A stretch of 64,000 bases of DNA from Dendrobates tinctorius. Taxonomy: Eukaryota. The stretch covers positions 2,852,001 to 2,916,000 of the forward strand of contig NW_027361723.1 of the NCBI RefSeq assembly GCF_039654945.1, given 5' to 3'. Each line of letters opens with the position of its first letter. Position 1 is the stretch's first letter. The notes under the pieces are model-generated. The model was not told the origin of the DNA. It saw nothing but the letters and a program-made list of their open reading frames with translations, and ran no database searches. This document shows, one piece after another, positions 14,030-25,190 of this stretch. Made by a program: the position numbers and the translations under genes.

Positions 14030-15205
14030 GACAGGGGAGATTTTGAATTTCTGCACACACTTTTGGACACTGGACACTTTTGGATTGTGTGAGGCCCAAT
14101 GAATATTTGAGCGCTATGTGACAGGCTCGATGGCACAGCTGTGACCTAAGTGACTAGAGGATAAGTGAGATTTTGAATCTCTGCACACTTTTGGACACTG
14201 GACACTTTTGGATTGTGTGAGGCCCAATGAATATCTGAGCGCTATGTGACAGGCTCGATGGCACAGCTGTGATCTAAGTGACTAGAGGATAAGTAAGATT
14301 TTGAATCTCTGCACACTTTTGGACACTTTTGGATTGTGTGAGGCCCAATGAATATCTGAGCGCTATGTGACAGGCTCGATGGCACAGCTGTGACCTAAGT
14401 GACTAGAGGATAAGTGAGATTTTGAATCTCTGCACACACTTTTGGACACTGGACACTTTTGGATTGTGTGAGGCCCAATGAATATCTGAGCGCTATGTGA
14501 CAGGCTCGATGGCACAGCTGTGACCTTAGTGACTAGAGGATAAGTGAGATTTTAAATCTCTGCACACACTTTTTGACACTGGACACTTTTGGATTGTGTG
14601 ATGCCCAATGATTATCTGAGCCCTATGTGACAGGCTCGATGGCACAGCTGTGACCTAAGTGACTAGAGGATAAGTGAGATTTTGAATCTCTGCACACTTT
14701 TGGACACTGGACACTTTTGGATTGTGTGAGGCCCAATGAATATCTGAGCGCTATGTGACAGGCTCGATGGCACAGCTGTGACCTAAGTGACTAGAGGATA
14801 AGTGAGATTTTGAATCTCTGCACACACTTTTGGACACTGGACACTTTTGGATTGTGTGAGGCCCAATGAATATCTGAGCGCTATGTGACAGGCTCGATGG
14901 CACAGCTGTGACCTAAGTGACTAGAGGATAAGTGAGATTTTGAATCTCTGCACACACTTTTGGACACTGGACACTTTTGGATTGTGTGAGGCCCAATGAA
15001 TATCTGAGCGCTATGTGACAGGCTCGATGGCACAGCTGTGACCTAAGTGACTAGAGGATAAGTGAGATTTTGAATCTCTTCACACACTTTTGGACACTGG
15101 ACACTTTTGGATTGTGTGAGGCCCAATGAATATCTGAGCGCTATGTGACAGGCTCGATGCCACAGCTGTGACCAAAGTGACTAGAGGATAAGGGAGATTG
15201 GATTG
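14030..15205 (-). repeat. ~130-bp tandem array (~9 units) in the 5' UTR of hAT C
   Basis: Reverse complement of the array-B unit with its own fixed variants; it lies between the TATA and the ATG. Confidence 0.93.
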
Positions 15206-15764
15206 CTTTTAAAAAAGCAGTTTGCGGAGCATTGGGTAAACAGCAATGCCAGCCTGTCAGGAAGCCTTAGAACGCAGCCCAACAACCAACACCACTGATA
15301 CACCACTATATAGCCTCCCCTTGCACTGCACACACATTGACTGGTGTGTTGTGCAGGCCAAATCGCTAGCAGCAGAAGCAGTTTTTCGGTCTTCTTCCCT
15401 GCCTAACGCTCTCCCTACAGAATCAGCAGCAACCTCTCCCTATGCTAAGATCGGCAGAAGATGGCGGTCGGCGTGCACGCCCTTTTATACCCCCTGTGAC
15501 GCCCACCAAAGCAAGCCAATCACTTGCATGCCCTTCTGAAAGATGGTGGTGACCCGTGCCTATGTCATCACGTTGCCCACAGTGTCCGTGGATCCTGATT
15601 GGCTGAAAAAGAGCGCAAAACAAACTTTTGAAACGTGACTTTGGCGCGTAAGTCGCCGACCTCGTGGCCGACCTCATCCTAGGGTCGGGTTTCGTTTCAT
15701 GAAACCCGACTTTGCCAAAAGTCGGCGACTTTTGAAATTTTTCGACTCGTTTCGCTCAACTCTA

Positions 15765-16991
15765 ATCCTAACTACTCCGGTTTTTGCCTACCGCATGTGT
15801 GCCACTGAGTCCCTGTGTTGCTAACAGGCTCAGCGTTACTTTTCTATTTTTTCCTGGAGCAGCTCTGTGCACTTAACAGAGACTGCTTGATTGCACCTGG
15901 GTGATATAGAACCCTGTGCACATTACCGCCACAATGCTCTGTGTCTTCTAGCTGCGGTTTTTCCATCTGCCGCACGGTGGACCCCGGGCGGCGAACACGT
16001 TTATTTATATTTTTTTAAGAGTGTTCCGCCGCCGTAACACCCGGTCCCAGACCAGATCCAGGACGACCTGGCCAGCCGCTGCAATTGCGGTACACCGCAG
16101 GGCCTTCCCAGGTGGAGGCACATCCGACATACCTGGGGCCTCCTGGCAGTGCGTCCTGTGCTCCGGTGCAGGTGGTGATGGAGCGGATGGTAGCTCTGGG
16201 TCCGCGGGGGCTTCGGTCGGGACCTGCGCAGCCACAACAGGTCCGGGCGGGCGCACGGTCTCAGCTCCCGGGTCCTCCGATGACTTCTTCGGGCGAGCGG
16301 GACGCAGCCGCACGGACAGCGTGGAGGTGAAAGTTATCGCTGGCGGGGAGTGGTCTGGTGCGGCAGCGGCAGGTACCGATGGAGAGGGTACCGCTGATGT
16401 AGGCCCCGCCAGGGCGCGCTGCCGTCTCAACCTCTCCAGCGCTTCCCTTCTTAGCTGCAGACGGGTAGTCAGTTCGGTGATTTCGTCTTGTAGCTGCCGG
16501 CAAATGATGCCAGCTTCAGGGTTGGAGCCGTGAGCCATGGCGCCGGGGGCTTGCACTTCCCCGCGCTCCGCAGGCCTCCTTCCATCACTCTCCAAAATGG
16601 CGTTCTGGCGTTCTTCTTCTTGCTTCGCCCTTCTGCTCGCCACTGGCTTTCTCTGCCCCTCCTTCCGGGGGCAGCGTCTTCTTCCCGCGCCTCCAAACCA
16701 AGCCAGTACACGATCCCCTCGGGGAGTGGGCCATGCATCAGTCACATAGTAATTCAGGCAGGGACAGCCCAAGACTCTTCGCGGTCTTTTCTTAGGACCT
16801 CCCACCTCTTCACGCCCTTCTTCTCCGCGCCAGTGGCCATTTCTAATGTCCATTTTACAGTCTATTAAATTTGGTCTTCTGCACATTTTCAAAAGTTGTT
16901 AATCCAAGGCACACAGAACCCGATGGCATCGGGTCTCGTCATCCTGTTCCATGGCATCGGGTCTCGTAATCCTGTTCGTGACGCCAAAAAT
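15765..16991 (-). mobile_element. Internal 5' region of a Gypsy-type LTR element (PBS plus a 295-aa low-complexity gag-like ORF at 16005-16892)
   Basis: Lies immediately downstream (minus strand) of an LTR and a tRNA PBS. The ORF has a coiled-coil-like stretch (LQDEITELTTRLQL) but no certain domain. Confidence 0.55.
16968..16986 (-). promoter_or_regulatory. Primer-binding site TGGCGTCACGAACAGGATT (tRNA-Ser(CGA)-like 3' end plus CCA)
   Basis: The plus strand AATCCTGTTCGTGACGCCA matches, from memory, the 3' end of a vertebrate tRNA-Ser(CGA); it sits a few nt from the LTR edge. Confidence 0.7.
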
Positions 16992-18277
16992 TGGGTCGCC
17001 CTCGCTTCTCCCAGGGCTGCGGGGTACTCGGTACCGGGCCGGTGTCAAGGCGGGAATGTGTCACAGCAGCGGTGACCCGGTCCGTGGCCCTGGGCGCCCA
17101 ATATCAATGGCGGTGATATTAATGGTGTTAAAGTTTATATGACTAGTTCGTGATGCCACCCGTGGTATTTGGCAAGTGAGGTGTTAGCCAACACTGCGTG
17201 CAGATCCGCTGGGACTGATGGTGTGGTGCAGCAGAGATGGTGTAGCTCCCCACAGGTGGAGCTGTAGTCCCAGGGCAGTGTAGGTGCAATGGATGAGGAG
17301 AGGCACAGAATGGTATGGAGGCTGGTACCCTGGTGTAGTGGTGCGGGAATAACTGGAGGACACCAGAGTATGCGGTTCCAAAGCTTTACTCACTGTTTGC
17401 AGTTCACACAACTGCCTGCCTCCGTACCGTGTTCTCCAGGTCAGGGCTCCAGCCAACCTCCAGGCAGGATAGGATTCTCCCTACCACACTCCGCCAACAT
17501 GTACCTTCACTGAACGACTCCTCCAATGCGCCTTTAGGTGCGAAGCACTCCAGTACTTAGTTACCCTGGAATGCCTCTCTCTAGGTGTTCCTAGTCTTTA
17601 CTTGTATGACAGACAGCTGTAGCCTGCTCGGGGACTCCTCACTACGTCCCGCCTCTCTATTCAGTTGCTGTTGTGTCCCAAGTCTATGATGGGAGCAAGC
17701 CGTTAGCGGCTCACTACTCCTCCGAAGTCTGTTGCCGGACATTAAGTTCCAATCCACCTCGGGGACCGGGCCCCGGCCTTTGCGCTCTCTGGACTGGAAG
17801 GGTGCTCTCTCTTTCTCAACCTGCTTCCCACTGTCCTTCTCTTCTCCTTCGTTCCGATCTGTTCTCTCTCTCTTATGGAAGGTTAGGTTATCAATCTTAT
17901 CAGTCTCTCTCTCTGGTCTTTCTCGTGCCAGCAGCCGAGATCACTGGGGCCTGCTGCAGCATGTCCCTCAGACACCTATCTTCTCTCTTCTTTCTCCTCT
18001 AACCAACTAACTAATAACTTTCACTCTTCCCTCTCTTTTATATCTAACTCCACCCGCCTCCCCAGCACCTCATGTGTTACTAAGCCAGGGACCTCAAAAG
18101 GCACCCTATGACCTTTCCAGCATAAAGCATGGATGGGTTCCTGCTGATCTATCCTGTGTGTGGGGTGCAGGTGTTGGAATGCGGAAAGGAGTTCCCAGCC
18201 TACCTGGATAGTGGGGCACTACACCTTAGGAGAAGGTGCAGTACCTCTGTGGCAACTGAAGCCTCAGGGGCGCCACA
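16992..18277 (-). mobile_element. ~1.29-kb LTR of a Gypsy-type retrotransposon
   Basis: TG...CA ends with short inverted termini (TGGGTCGCCC / GGGCGCCACA), adjacent to the PBS. Confidence 0.65.
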
Positions 18278-18289
18278 GCAACAACAGAA

Positions 18290-18458
18290 GGGTCACGTGA
18301 CTCTACACCATTTTCCTCCAAGCTAACCTTCAAGGGGGAGCTGGAGTTCGGTTCCTCCACTCTGGCGGTGGAGGTTTGCGTGGATTCTGGAGAGGAGGAT
18401 AATTTTATGTCCTCAGCCTTCGCTCTTCTGCACGTGATGCCATTGGCCAGGTTACCAT
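18290..18458 (+). pseudogene. Ty3/Gypsy aspartic protease fragment
   Basis: Translates KLTFKGELEFGSSTLAVEVCVDSGEEDNFMSSAFA, containing the retropepsin DSG...NF motif. Confidence 0.7.
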
Positions 18459-20912
18459 TAAAATGAACCATGCATGGGTTTCCAAGGATTTTGTCCCACC
18501 TTCCCCTGATGACACATAGGGTGACAGAAAAATGGCTTGCTTTGGTCCACCTCTTCCTGGGACTTCACCTATTTCGCCTTTTGCATAAGCTGAATGTCCA
18601 ACATCAACATATGCCACTTTCTAAAACTCCCTAACTGTGCTGCCTCCCCCCCCCATGGCCGGGGTCACCACCTAGCGCACGACACCGTGCGAGTGCCGTT
18701 GCCCTGGACAGGTGGGTAGGCCGACTCTTGGGCGCGGGCACTGGCACAGGGTCCCTCATAGTGCAATCAAGTGTCTCTGACGGTGGTGGTGCACACCCGC
18801 CGTCAGACACACCGCCGTACTATGAGGGGCCCAGTGCCAGTACCGACGCCCACGAGTGGGCCCCCCTTGCTTGGGCAGGGCCCCAGCATTTGCAATCTTT
18901 ACCTCTCCCTGCTCCTCCGCTATGTAGTCTGGGCCGTCAAATCCATACTGTGCCTGACACCGTCTGAGCCTGCCTCCTGATGTATAGACATATATTTTGA
19001 ATGTGTACACTATGCTATCCATACATGTTATCCGGGGATACGGTACCCTTTCTCACCTTTGTGCAATCACGTGTAATCCATACTGGGCCTGAGAACGGCT
19101 GGCGAGCTGTTAAGCAAGCTACAGCACCTGTGGTTTGCACACGTAAGTTTTTCATTTTTCAGGAATGACGGTTAGGCCTAATTCCGTAACTGCGGTTGAC
19201 CTGCACTTACTTGGAAATCATCGTTCGCGGGTAATAATTGTAATCACAGATCCCCATCACTAACGTTGTTCAGCGGGTTATCTGCACCTGTAAGCGACAA
19301 ACGCTGGCCTTTTCAGTGTAGCGCTCATGCAGCCACGGACATGTAAGGGCATGACACCAGTTATTGGCCAATCTCATGTGCCAGAGCCTCACGTGTCCCT
19401 CTAGTAAGCCGGACTCGGACCGCGGGGCATGACGGAGTCTCGTTCGTTAACGGAATTAAGCTTGCAATGTGTGCATCTTTTCTGTAGCTGGCATGGTTGA
19501 GGTTTCCCAGGTGGAGTCGAATTAAACCATAGGCTCCACTCCTGGTGGTGCCCTTCTGGACATTCCTTTAAGGTTCAGCTTTGCAACCATACTGCCCACG
19601 TAAAACAAACACTTTGCCTTCATGAACGCTGTTTGGAGGGTCATGACTCATGGGAATAACGCCGCCCAATCAGTTAACCTGCTAGAGAGATCCTTCGTTG
19701 CTCCCAAGCATGACATCACACTCCCTAGGAGGAAGGTAATGCCACTGTGGCGACCGTACTCCTGGGGGGCGACACAAGTGCACTGATGCCCAGCCACTGC
19801 TCGATGAATCTGCTGGTACATTGACCCAGACCACTACATTCCCCTCGCACGCTACACGGCCTGAATCTGACCCTGATGAAACTCAGGTTACCCTTCCCAT
19901 ATACAGCTCCATCTTACACGGTGACAAAGAGGAAGCTGCAGATGAAAGTGCAGGTTCGGCCCACCCGCCATCAGACACACCACCGTACTATCAGGGGCCC
20001 TGTGCCAGTGCCGTCGCCAACGAGTGGGCCCCCCCCTGCTTGCTCAGGATCACAGCACTTGCAAGGTTGAAATACTGTGCAGTGAGATGGAAGATGGGGA
20101 CGACGAGGAGTCTAGACTAGTACAGGGATTCCCTAGCGAGGAGACTTATTTGATTGTTTTCAATGTTGGGACAGCAATTTTTGGGGAGCACTATACTCTG
20201 GAGAATGATAGATGGGGCCCACCATACACTGGAACATTCCAAAGGTGGACATCAGACACTGGAGCAGCATTTACAGGGCCTATTATACACTAGAGCATTA
20301 GAAATGGGGCCCATTATGTTTGGAGCATTATTTGGGCCCATAACACAGTGGAGCTTCATCCATGGGGACCAACATATACTGTAGCATTATGTGGAGCTCA
20401 TCATATACTGTTTCAAACATTATATGGGACCAATGATTCTGTATGGAGAAATAGATGGGCCTCGTCATGAGATGTAAAAAGTGAAGTATTTTTCATTGTA
20501 CTATACCGCTATTTCTCTGCCGTATCGGAGCATGATGAGTTGTGCTATGTGTTAAAGGGGCGCTCTTTCGCCCAGGGCACATGAAAACCTGGAGCCAGCC
20601 CTCCCCCCCCACAACTTTAGCCAAATAACCCCCATTTTTCAGTGCGTAACTTGTATTATGAAGTTAATTAAGGTTGACAAGCTTAAGTAAGAAGAATTGA
20701 TGCCTTTGGCATTCAAATGGGCACTGTAGGTGTGTTTCCTGTCCTCCTCTCACTGCTGACTTATTCCCCATTGACTTACATTGGGTTTCGTGTTTCGGGA
20801 CGACCCCGACTTTTCCCTATAGTCGGCCGATCTTGCTCGACCCGACTTTTGAAAAAGTTGGGTTTCACTTAACGAAACTCGACCCTAAAAAACCAAAAGT
20901 CGCTCAACTCTA
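18458..20912 (+). mobile_element. hAT element D: last transposase codons, 3' region and right TIR
   Basis: KMNHAWVSKDFVPPSPDDT* is identical to the end of the C transposase; colinear with 8668-10495 inverted; ends TCGCTCAACTCTA at 20912. Confidence 0.9.
19195..19671 (-). pseudogene. Degenerate 18S rRNA fragment embedded in hAT D
   Basis: Colinear blocks match the reverse complement of vertebrate 18S, e.g. GGCTCCACTCCTGGTGGTGCCCTTC, CAGCTTTGCAACCATACT, GAGTCTCGTTCGTTA.CGGAATTAA, GATCCCCATCAC, ATGGGAATAACGCCGCC, with internal deletions. Confidence 0.85.
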
Positions 20913-22067
20913 GCGACGACACCTCAACATTTTCAGCTTGTGGTGTGCTAACCAGTGGGCTTACAGTGGGGGAAGTGATGTAGCATTGCTGACTACCTTC
21001 ATTCGGAGCAGGTGCACATGTGGTACGTGAGGTTTGGTAGTCCGTCCACGCTTGCAAGTGCATGGTGGTTAAATGTCTAAGCATGCAACTGGTATTCAAA
21101 TTTCTCAGTTTTTTCCCCTCGACTAAAGGTCTTTGCACACTTCTTACAGATTACCTTTGCCTGATCATTAGGATTTTGTTCAAAAAAGTGCCACACTGCA
21201 CTCTTCCTAGTATGGAAGACATTTTGAGGCATTGCACGCTGTGCTAATTTGACCGTCTGGCCAAGCTGTCCTGCAACTCTTGGTTTTTGTAACCCGTTTT
21301 TGGACTGCTCCGGGCCTGCCAGATAACAGCTGTTGCGATGTCGATGTCTGCTGCAGATCCTCCTCCTCTTCTGAGCTATTGGCAGCAGCACCCTCTTCCT
21401 CCAATGGATGCCAATCTGGGTCAACAACTGGGTCATCCATCACCTCCTCTTCAATTTCATGTGCACCTTCCTCTGTGTCACCATGTAAGGTGGTATAGTA
21501 TGCGGGAAGGGGCACCTGAATTTCATCAGGGTCAGATTCTGGCTCCGTACACTGCGAGGACAATGTCGTGCTCTGAGTGAATGTACCAGCAGAAAAATCT
21601 AGTAGTGGCTGTGCATCAGTGCACTCCATGTCAGATTCATCGTGGATTGGGGAATTCACGATTTGACTTGATAACCCAGGCATGGTATGTGAAAAGAGCT
21701 CCATGGAGTAATCTGTAGTGTGGCCTGCCACATCCTTCACTTTTGGTAGGGGTGAAGGACACAAGGAAAGGTGTTCCTGACCAGGAGACTCCACTGACGA
21801 CTCAGTGCTTTTATTTTTTGAAACTTCAGAAGAGGAGGCGATAGAGCTGGAGGCTGAGTCAGCAATGTAAGCCAAAACTTGTTCCTGAAGCTCCGGCTTT
21901 AAAAGCGGTTTACCTACTCCCAGAAAAGGGAGCCTTCGAGGCCTTGTGGAGCCAGACAATGACGCAGGCTCAACACCTCCTGCCTTAGGTGCTATTGTGC
22001 TTTTGCCACTACCAGCAGATGCACCCCCACCAGTACCAGCTGGCAACCCCTGCCAACTTCCACCATA

Positions 22068-23625
22068 CAGTCATGGTCAAAAGTTGAGAATGACACAAAT
22101 ATTAATTTTTACAAAGTCTACTGCTTCATTTTTTCTAATGGCAATTTGCATATACTCCAGAATGTTATAAAGAGTGATCAGCTTAACAGCAATTACTTGC
22201 AAAGTCAATATTTGCCTAGAAAATGAACTTTATCCCCCAAAACACATTTCAACATCATTGCAGCCCTGCCTTAAAAAGACCAGCTAACATCCTTTCAGTG
22301 ATTGCTCCATTAACACAGGTGTGGGTGTTGATGAGGACAGGGCTGGAGATCAATCTGTCATGATTAAGTAAGAATGACACCACTGGACACTTTAAAAGGA
22401 GGCTGGTGCTTGGCATCATTGTTTCTCTTCAGTTAACCATGGTTATCTCTAAAGAAACACGTGCAGTCATCATTGCACTGCACAAAAATGGCCTAACAGG
22501 GAAGAGTATCGCAGCTAGAAAGATTGCACCTCAGTCAACAATCTATCGCATCATCAAGAACTTCAAGGAGAGAGGTTCCCTTGTTGCCAAAAAGGCTCCA
22601 GGGCGCTCAAGAAAGACCAGCAAGCGCCAGGACTGTCTCTTAAAAGTGTTTCAGCTGCGGGATCAGGCTACCAGCAGTGCAGAGCTTGCTCAGGAATGGC
22701 AGCAGGCAGGTGTGAGTGCATCTGCACGCACTGTGAGGCGGAGACTCTTGGAGCAAGGCCTGGTCTCAAGGAGGGCAGCAAAGAAGCCACTTCTCTCCAG
22801 GAAAAACATCATGGACAGACTGATATTCTGCAAGAGGTACAGGGAGTGGACTGCTGAGGACTGGGGTAAAGTCATTTTCTCTGATGAATCCCCTTTTCGA
22901 TTGTTTGGGACATCTGGAAAACGGCTTATTCGGAGAAGACCAGGTGAGCGCTACCACCAGTCTTGTCTCATGCCAACTGTCAAGCATCCTGAAACCATTC
23001 ATGTGTGGGGTTGCTTCTCAGCCAAGGGCATGGGCTCTCTCTCAGTCTTGCCTAAAAACACAGCCATGAATAAAGAATGGTACCAGAATGTCCTCCAAGA
23101 GCAACTTCTCCCAACCGTCCAAGAGCAGTTTGGCGATCAACAATGCCTTTTTCAACATGATGGAGCACCTTGCCATAAAGCAAAGGTGATAACTAAATGG
23201 CTCAGGGAACAAAACAGATTTTGGGACCATGGCCTGGAAACTCCCCAGATCTTAATCCCATTGAGAACTTGTGGTCAATCATCAAGAGACAGGTGGACAA
23301 ACAAAAACCTTCAAATTCAGACAAAATTAAAGCATTGATTTTGCAAGAATGGACTGCTATCAGTCAGGATTTGATCCAGAAGTTGATTGAGAGCATGCCA
23401 GGGAGAATTGCTGAGGTCCTGAAGAAGAAGGGTCAACACTGCAAATATTGACTTGCTGCATTAACTCATTCTAACTGTCAATATAACCTTTTGCTACTCA
23501 TATGATTGCAATTATATTTCTGTATGTGATAAAAACATCTGACAAACACACATAAAAACCAGAGGGCAGCAGATCATGTGAAAATATAATATTTGTGTCA
23601 TTCTCAAAACTTTTGGCCATGACTG
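22068..23625 (+). mobile_element. Tc1/mariner transposon (1558 bp) with TA TSD
   Basis: TA|CAGTCATGGTCAAAAGTT.GAGAATGACACAAATATT ... AATATTTGTGTCATTCTCAAAACTTTTGGCCATGACTG|TA. Confidence 0.95.
22439..23451 (+). pseudogene. Tc1 transposase, frameshifted near 23215
   Basis: Motifs VIFSDE and FQHDGAPCH; the C-terminal WPGNSPDLNPIENLW is in another frame (ORF 23197-23451). Confidence 0.9.
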
Positions 23626-23923
23626 TACTTCCTCATTTTTTTGAAAAATGTACCCAAAATACCACCAGCTATATGGTACAAGGTGTATATAGTATTGGGG
23701 AGAATTGGAATCTCCCTAGAGATTTTAGGAGGCTGACAATGATGCTCTCAGTCCAAGTATGGCAGCAGGCAGCCTAATAAGCAGGACTGCTGCACACAAA
23801 AGTGTGGAAAAATGAACGCTTGGTAACTGTGCAGAAGAGAGGAAGAAAAGTACTTTTGCTTTTAAAAAGGCAGTTTGCTCAGCAGTGTGCAAACAGCAAT
23901 GCAGCTATCAGGGAGCCTTGTAA

Positions 23924-24480
23924 GGCTGGTTTCACATTAGCGCTTTTGTGCGCAGCGCATCGTGCGCACCCGTGCGCATGCGCACTGCGCACCTATACTT
24001 AACATGACGTGCGCATGGTCTTGCGCATACTTGCGTTTTCGTGCGCATGCGTTTTTTTGTCTTTTGCGCCAGGCGCGCCAGACGCAACATGTTGCATTTT
24101 TGGTTCCGCCCTGTCTCGTCAAAAAAACGCATGCGCACGCTTGCGCACGGAATGCGCAAAAACACCACATTGGAGCCTATGGGAACGCATGCGTGCGCAT
24201 GGTCTTGCGCACGCTTGCGTTTTTTTGCGCATGCGTTTTTGAGTTAAACAAGTCTAGAATGTTCTCTAGACAATGGAAAAAACGTCACACTTAAAAACGC
24301 ATGCGCATAAAAAACGCCAACGCATGCAAAAAACGCATGTAAAACGCAAACAACGCTGCGTTTTTTTTACACATCAGCGTGCGCATGACGTTAAAAAAAC
24401 GCGCATTTGTTTTGCGTTTTTCTTTGCGTTTTTTATGCGCCCGATGCGCTGCGCAAAAAAACGCTAATGTGAAACTAGCC
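23924..24480. mobile_element. PIF/Harbinger-type MITE (557 bp) with TAA TSD
   Basis: TAA|GGCTGGTTTCACATTAGCG ... CGCTAATGTGAAACTAGCC|TAA; TGCGCA/ACGCA-rich palindromic interior. Confidence 0.9.
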
Positions 24481-24618
24481 TAAGGCAGCCTAACAACCAA
24501 CAGAGCTGATGCACAAAAATAGAGCCTCACCTGTCACTGCACACAGTGTTGTACAGTGGAAATCGCTACCAGCAGAAGCAGTTTTTTTGTTCTTCTTCCC
24601 TGCCCAACGCTCTCCCTT

Positions 24619-25190
24619 TATTAGGGCTGGTGGAACGCACCAAATGATAAAGTAGTAGTAGGTGCGTTTGCAGCCGGGGTCCACTGTGCAGAGGTGGTAC
24701 ACTGCTGCTAGACAATGGCGGAAGAATAGAGCAGCGTGAAAACAGTCACACGTGGGTTACGTCACCCAGTGTGAGCAGGAGCGGACTCTGTTAATTCACA
24801 GAGCCGCACAACCACTGAACGTGGATGCCGGAGCCTGTTTAGCTCACAGAGCCCGGCCAAAGAGCGCACAGCAAACAGCCACAGAACTCTACCTCAAGGA
24901 CACGGGGTTAGAGTCCCTCTAGGCCCACTGAGCGCGCGGCGTCGCTACCACGAGCGCCGCTATAGACGCTGACTATGGAGTGCGGAGCACTTGCACTGAG
25001 GCGTGCCGAGTCACTGGTGTGGACTAAAGCCTGACGCCAACTCTGACCTACCTACGCCTAAGCGCTAGCAGGCTAGGCTGCATAACACATGCGTACCAAG
25101 GGTAGGGTTGAAAATACAGTGTATCCTAGCGCATGGCCGAGCGGCCATGTGAACCTTTTACAGCCACGAGCGTCCGGGACCTTCCTGGCT
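24619..25190. mobile_element. Probable Gypsy LTR fragment
   Basis: Unique segment between truncated hAT E and the truncated DIRS; its start resembles frog Gypsy LTR starts from memory; no second end seen. Confidence 0.35.

Larger units (their letters stand above)
8668..15764 (-). mobile_element. Full-length (~7.1 kb) hAT DNA transposon C
   Basis: TIRs TAGAGTTGAGCGA at 8668 and TCGCTCAACTCTA ending 15764, GTCGG/CCGAC-rich subterminal regions, internal transposase. The flanks (GCGCTCAG / ATCCTAAC) are not a TSD. Confidence 0.92.
20913..24616 (-). mobile_element. hAT element E: diverged paralogue, 5' UTR plus N-terminal transposase (frameshifted), interrupted by a Tc1 and a MITE
   Basis: ORFs 21207-22046, 21077-21436 and 20869-21138 align with the C transposase N-terminus and BED finger; ATG AGG AAG lies just beyond the Tc1. 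Confidence 0.85.

Noticed and set aside
16968-16986. tRNA gene
   Set aside because: Only 19 nt including encoded CCA next to an LTR, so a PBS and not a tRNA.
19195-19671. Functional rRNA gene
   Set aside because: Partial, heavily substituted, internally deleted and inside a transposon.
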